A program made the position numbers and the translations under genes. This document shows positions 62,454 to 64,000 of a stretch of 64,000 nucleotides of DNA, in pieces (the first letter of the stretch is position 1; each line of letters opens with the position of its first letter). The stretch comes from Ascidiella aspersa (taxonomy: Eukaryota). Below the pieces are notes generated by a model. The model saw nothing but the letters and a program-made list of their open reading frames with translations. It did no database searches and was not told the DNA's origin. The stretch spans positions 12,338,001 to 12,402,000 of the forward strand of contig OZ004612.1 of the NCBI GenBank assembly GCA_963924565.1. The letters run 5' to 3'.

Positions 62454-64000
62454 GCGTATAGGAAAGAATGTTAAATACAACCGTTAGATACTAATATGTG
62501 ACAGCGTGCCTTCATTAGCCCTATTTGCGACGCTTAGTAATTGAGACAAAACGTGCCAATCTCTTATTCGCCGAAAGTGTAATGCAAAGGGGCGATCCTT
62601 CGCAGATCGTTCTATCAAAACTTCGATTGACAAAGAGACAAAAGTGTTTAAGATTTTAAAAATCAATTATTGCTCCATGATGTCGTTGCTTTTCATATCA
62701 ATAAGTTTTACTGGGGAGCCAGAAAATATGGAGTTAACAAGAAACACATCAAATTTGCAGGACCACCAACGTTATTATAGTAGGCCTAATATTGTTTGAA
62801 CTGTTGGACAAATCCTTCTATACTTCCAATTTTTAACTCTCTTAACACAAATCATTCGACAAAATGACTATTATTTACACCGCATATTATTTTTAACATC
62901 ACGAAGCAATCTTTATTTGTCAACTGTACAAAGTGTATATGCCTTAATATGTCGTAAAACACATCTGTAGGGGTGTAATCTTTCAATACTTCCAATTTTT
63001 ACCTCTTTTAAAATTAGCAAATAAAAACTAAAGGCGTATCTTTCGATCATTCGACAAAACAACATTTGTTTTAATTTCAACACCCAATTTTGTTTTTTTT
63101 AATTTCAATATCCAACCTTTATTTGTCCCATGTATATGCCTTAATATGTCATTAAAACGTCTGTAGGGGTCTTGCAGCCTATTGTTAGTTAAAGTTTCCT
63201 AAACACGACTATAGTTGTTTATCAATTGGCGACGAACATCTAACGTTACGACCATGAAATGGCATCTTCTTCCTCGAAATTGTGGACGACATCTTTCGCA
63301 CAAGCTACAGTTTCAGTCACAAAAAAGAACAATAGCGCACACATCAAAAGGCAGTTTGGTGACAAAACCAACAAAGGATCTCCTGTTTGCGGCAATGATC
63401 TTTAAGTTGTGCTCCTTTACTCCGCTGGTACAACACGGTGAAACGGTAAATCAAGTGTACCTATAGTTTTTACAACCATTTATTAGCAGTCATGTATTTT
63501 AAAAGAAAATAACGATGAACGTGTTAACTTCGCAGCTCTTGAGGACGAGTCGTAAAGTATTGGGAGAAAACTTTACAAATGCGTTGCTGAGAAGAACCTT
63601 TTACAAGCAGTTTTGCATTGGGGACAGCGAACGCGATCTCATGTCAAAATCAAGGGAAATGCGAAGGAACAACATACAACCGTTGTTAATAATTACCGCT
63701 GAAAAAACAAACCTGTCGGATTGGAGTTCCGGGTAAATTAGATTTATTATCCTATAAGTGGTAAAAGTATGCCGGATAAGCGGTAAAAGTAAGCCGGAAT
63801 GATCCGGAACGGCGTTTAAAAGAATTGCTGCCCTAACGTCGTTCCGGTAAAATGTTTTTTCAAGGTAGGCTAGTACACATCAGTAAAAAATGTTTTTTTA
63901 CCAGCCATATGCCTTTTACCAAGCTATTCCGCCATCTTCTTGAGTGTATTACTAAGATTTCAGTTGCATATCGGTGCACTATACATTGAACGACAACCTC

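Noticed and set aside
63725-63850. Short repeats and hairpin (CCGGAACGGCGTT...AACGTCGTTCCGG) as a possible ncRNA
   Set aside because: No tRNA, snRNA or other recognisable RNA motif. More likely a transposon subterminal region cut by the window edge.

Overview
Eukaryotic (animal) genomic DNA with GT-AG introns, AT-rich introns, patchy CpG content and many hAT MITEs. The style suggests a compact invertebrate genome, possibly a tunicate, but that is an impression only. I reconstructed five spliced genes by hand and checked reading phase at every junction. (1) A Tectonic-2-like ciliary gene on the minus strand: ATG at 50550, 13 exons down to 33788, 3' exons not found in the window. (2) A 609-aa gene on the plus strand (36572-43206) nested antisense in a 9-kb TCTN2 intron. 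Its C-terminus resembles the linker of non-LTR retrotransposon ORF2, is split by an intron, and lies downstream of a DSGYQS degron. (3) A 587-aa secreted precursor on the plus strand (18229-26789): signal peptide, TSP1 domain, Cys-rich unknown domain, furin sites, and a Spaetzle-like cystine-knot domain missing one whole disulfide pair. It may also sit in a TCTN2 intron. (4) A predicted 733-aa protein (51510-54297) whose last exon is a 54-bp coding minisatellite with about 38 T-P-x-K/R motifs. (5) The 3' exons of a sorbitol-dehydrogenase-like gene on the minus strand. A ~3.3-kb tandem duplication copies the convergent 3' ends of genes 4 and 5. There is also a Buster-type hAT transposase remnant (1-730) and several MITEs, three of them nested. 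All homology calls come from remembered motifs; no searches were run.
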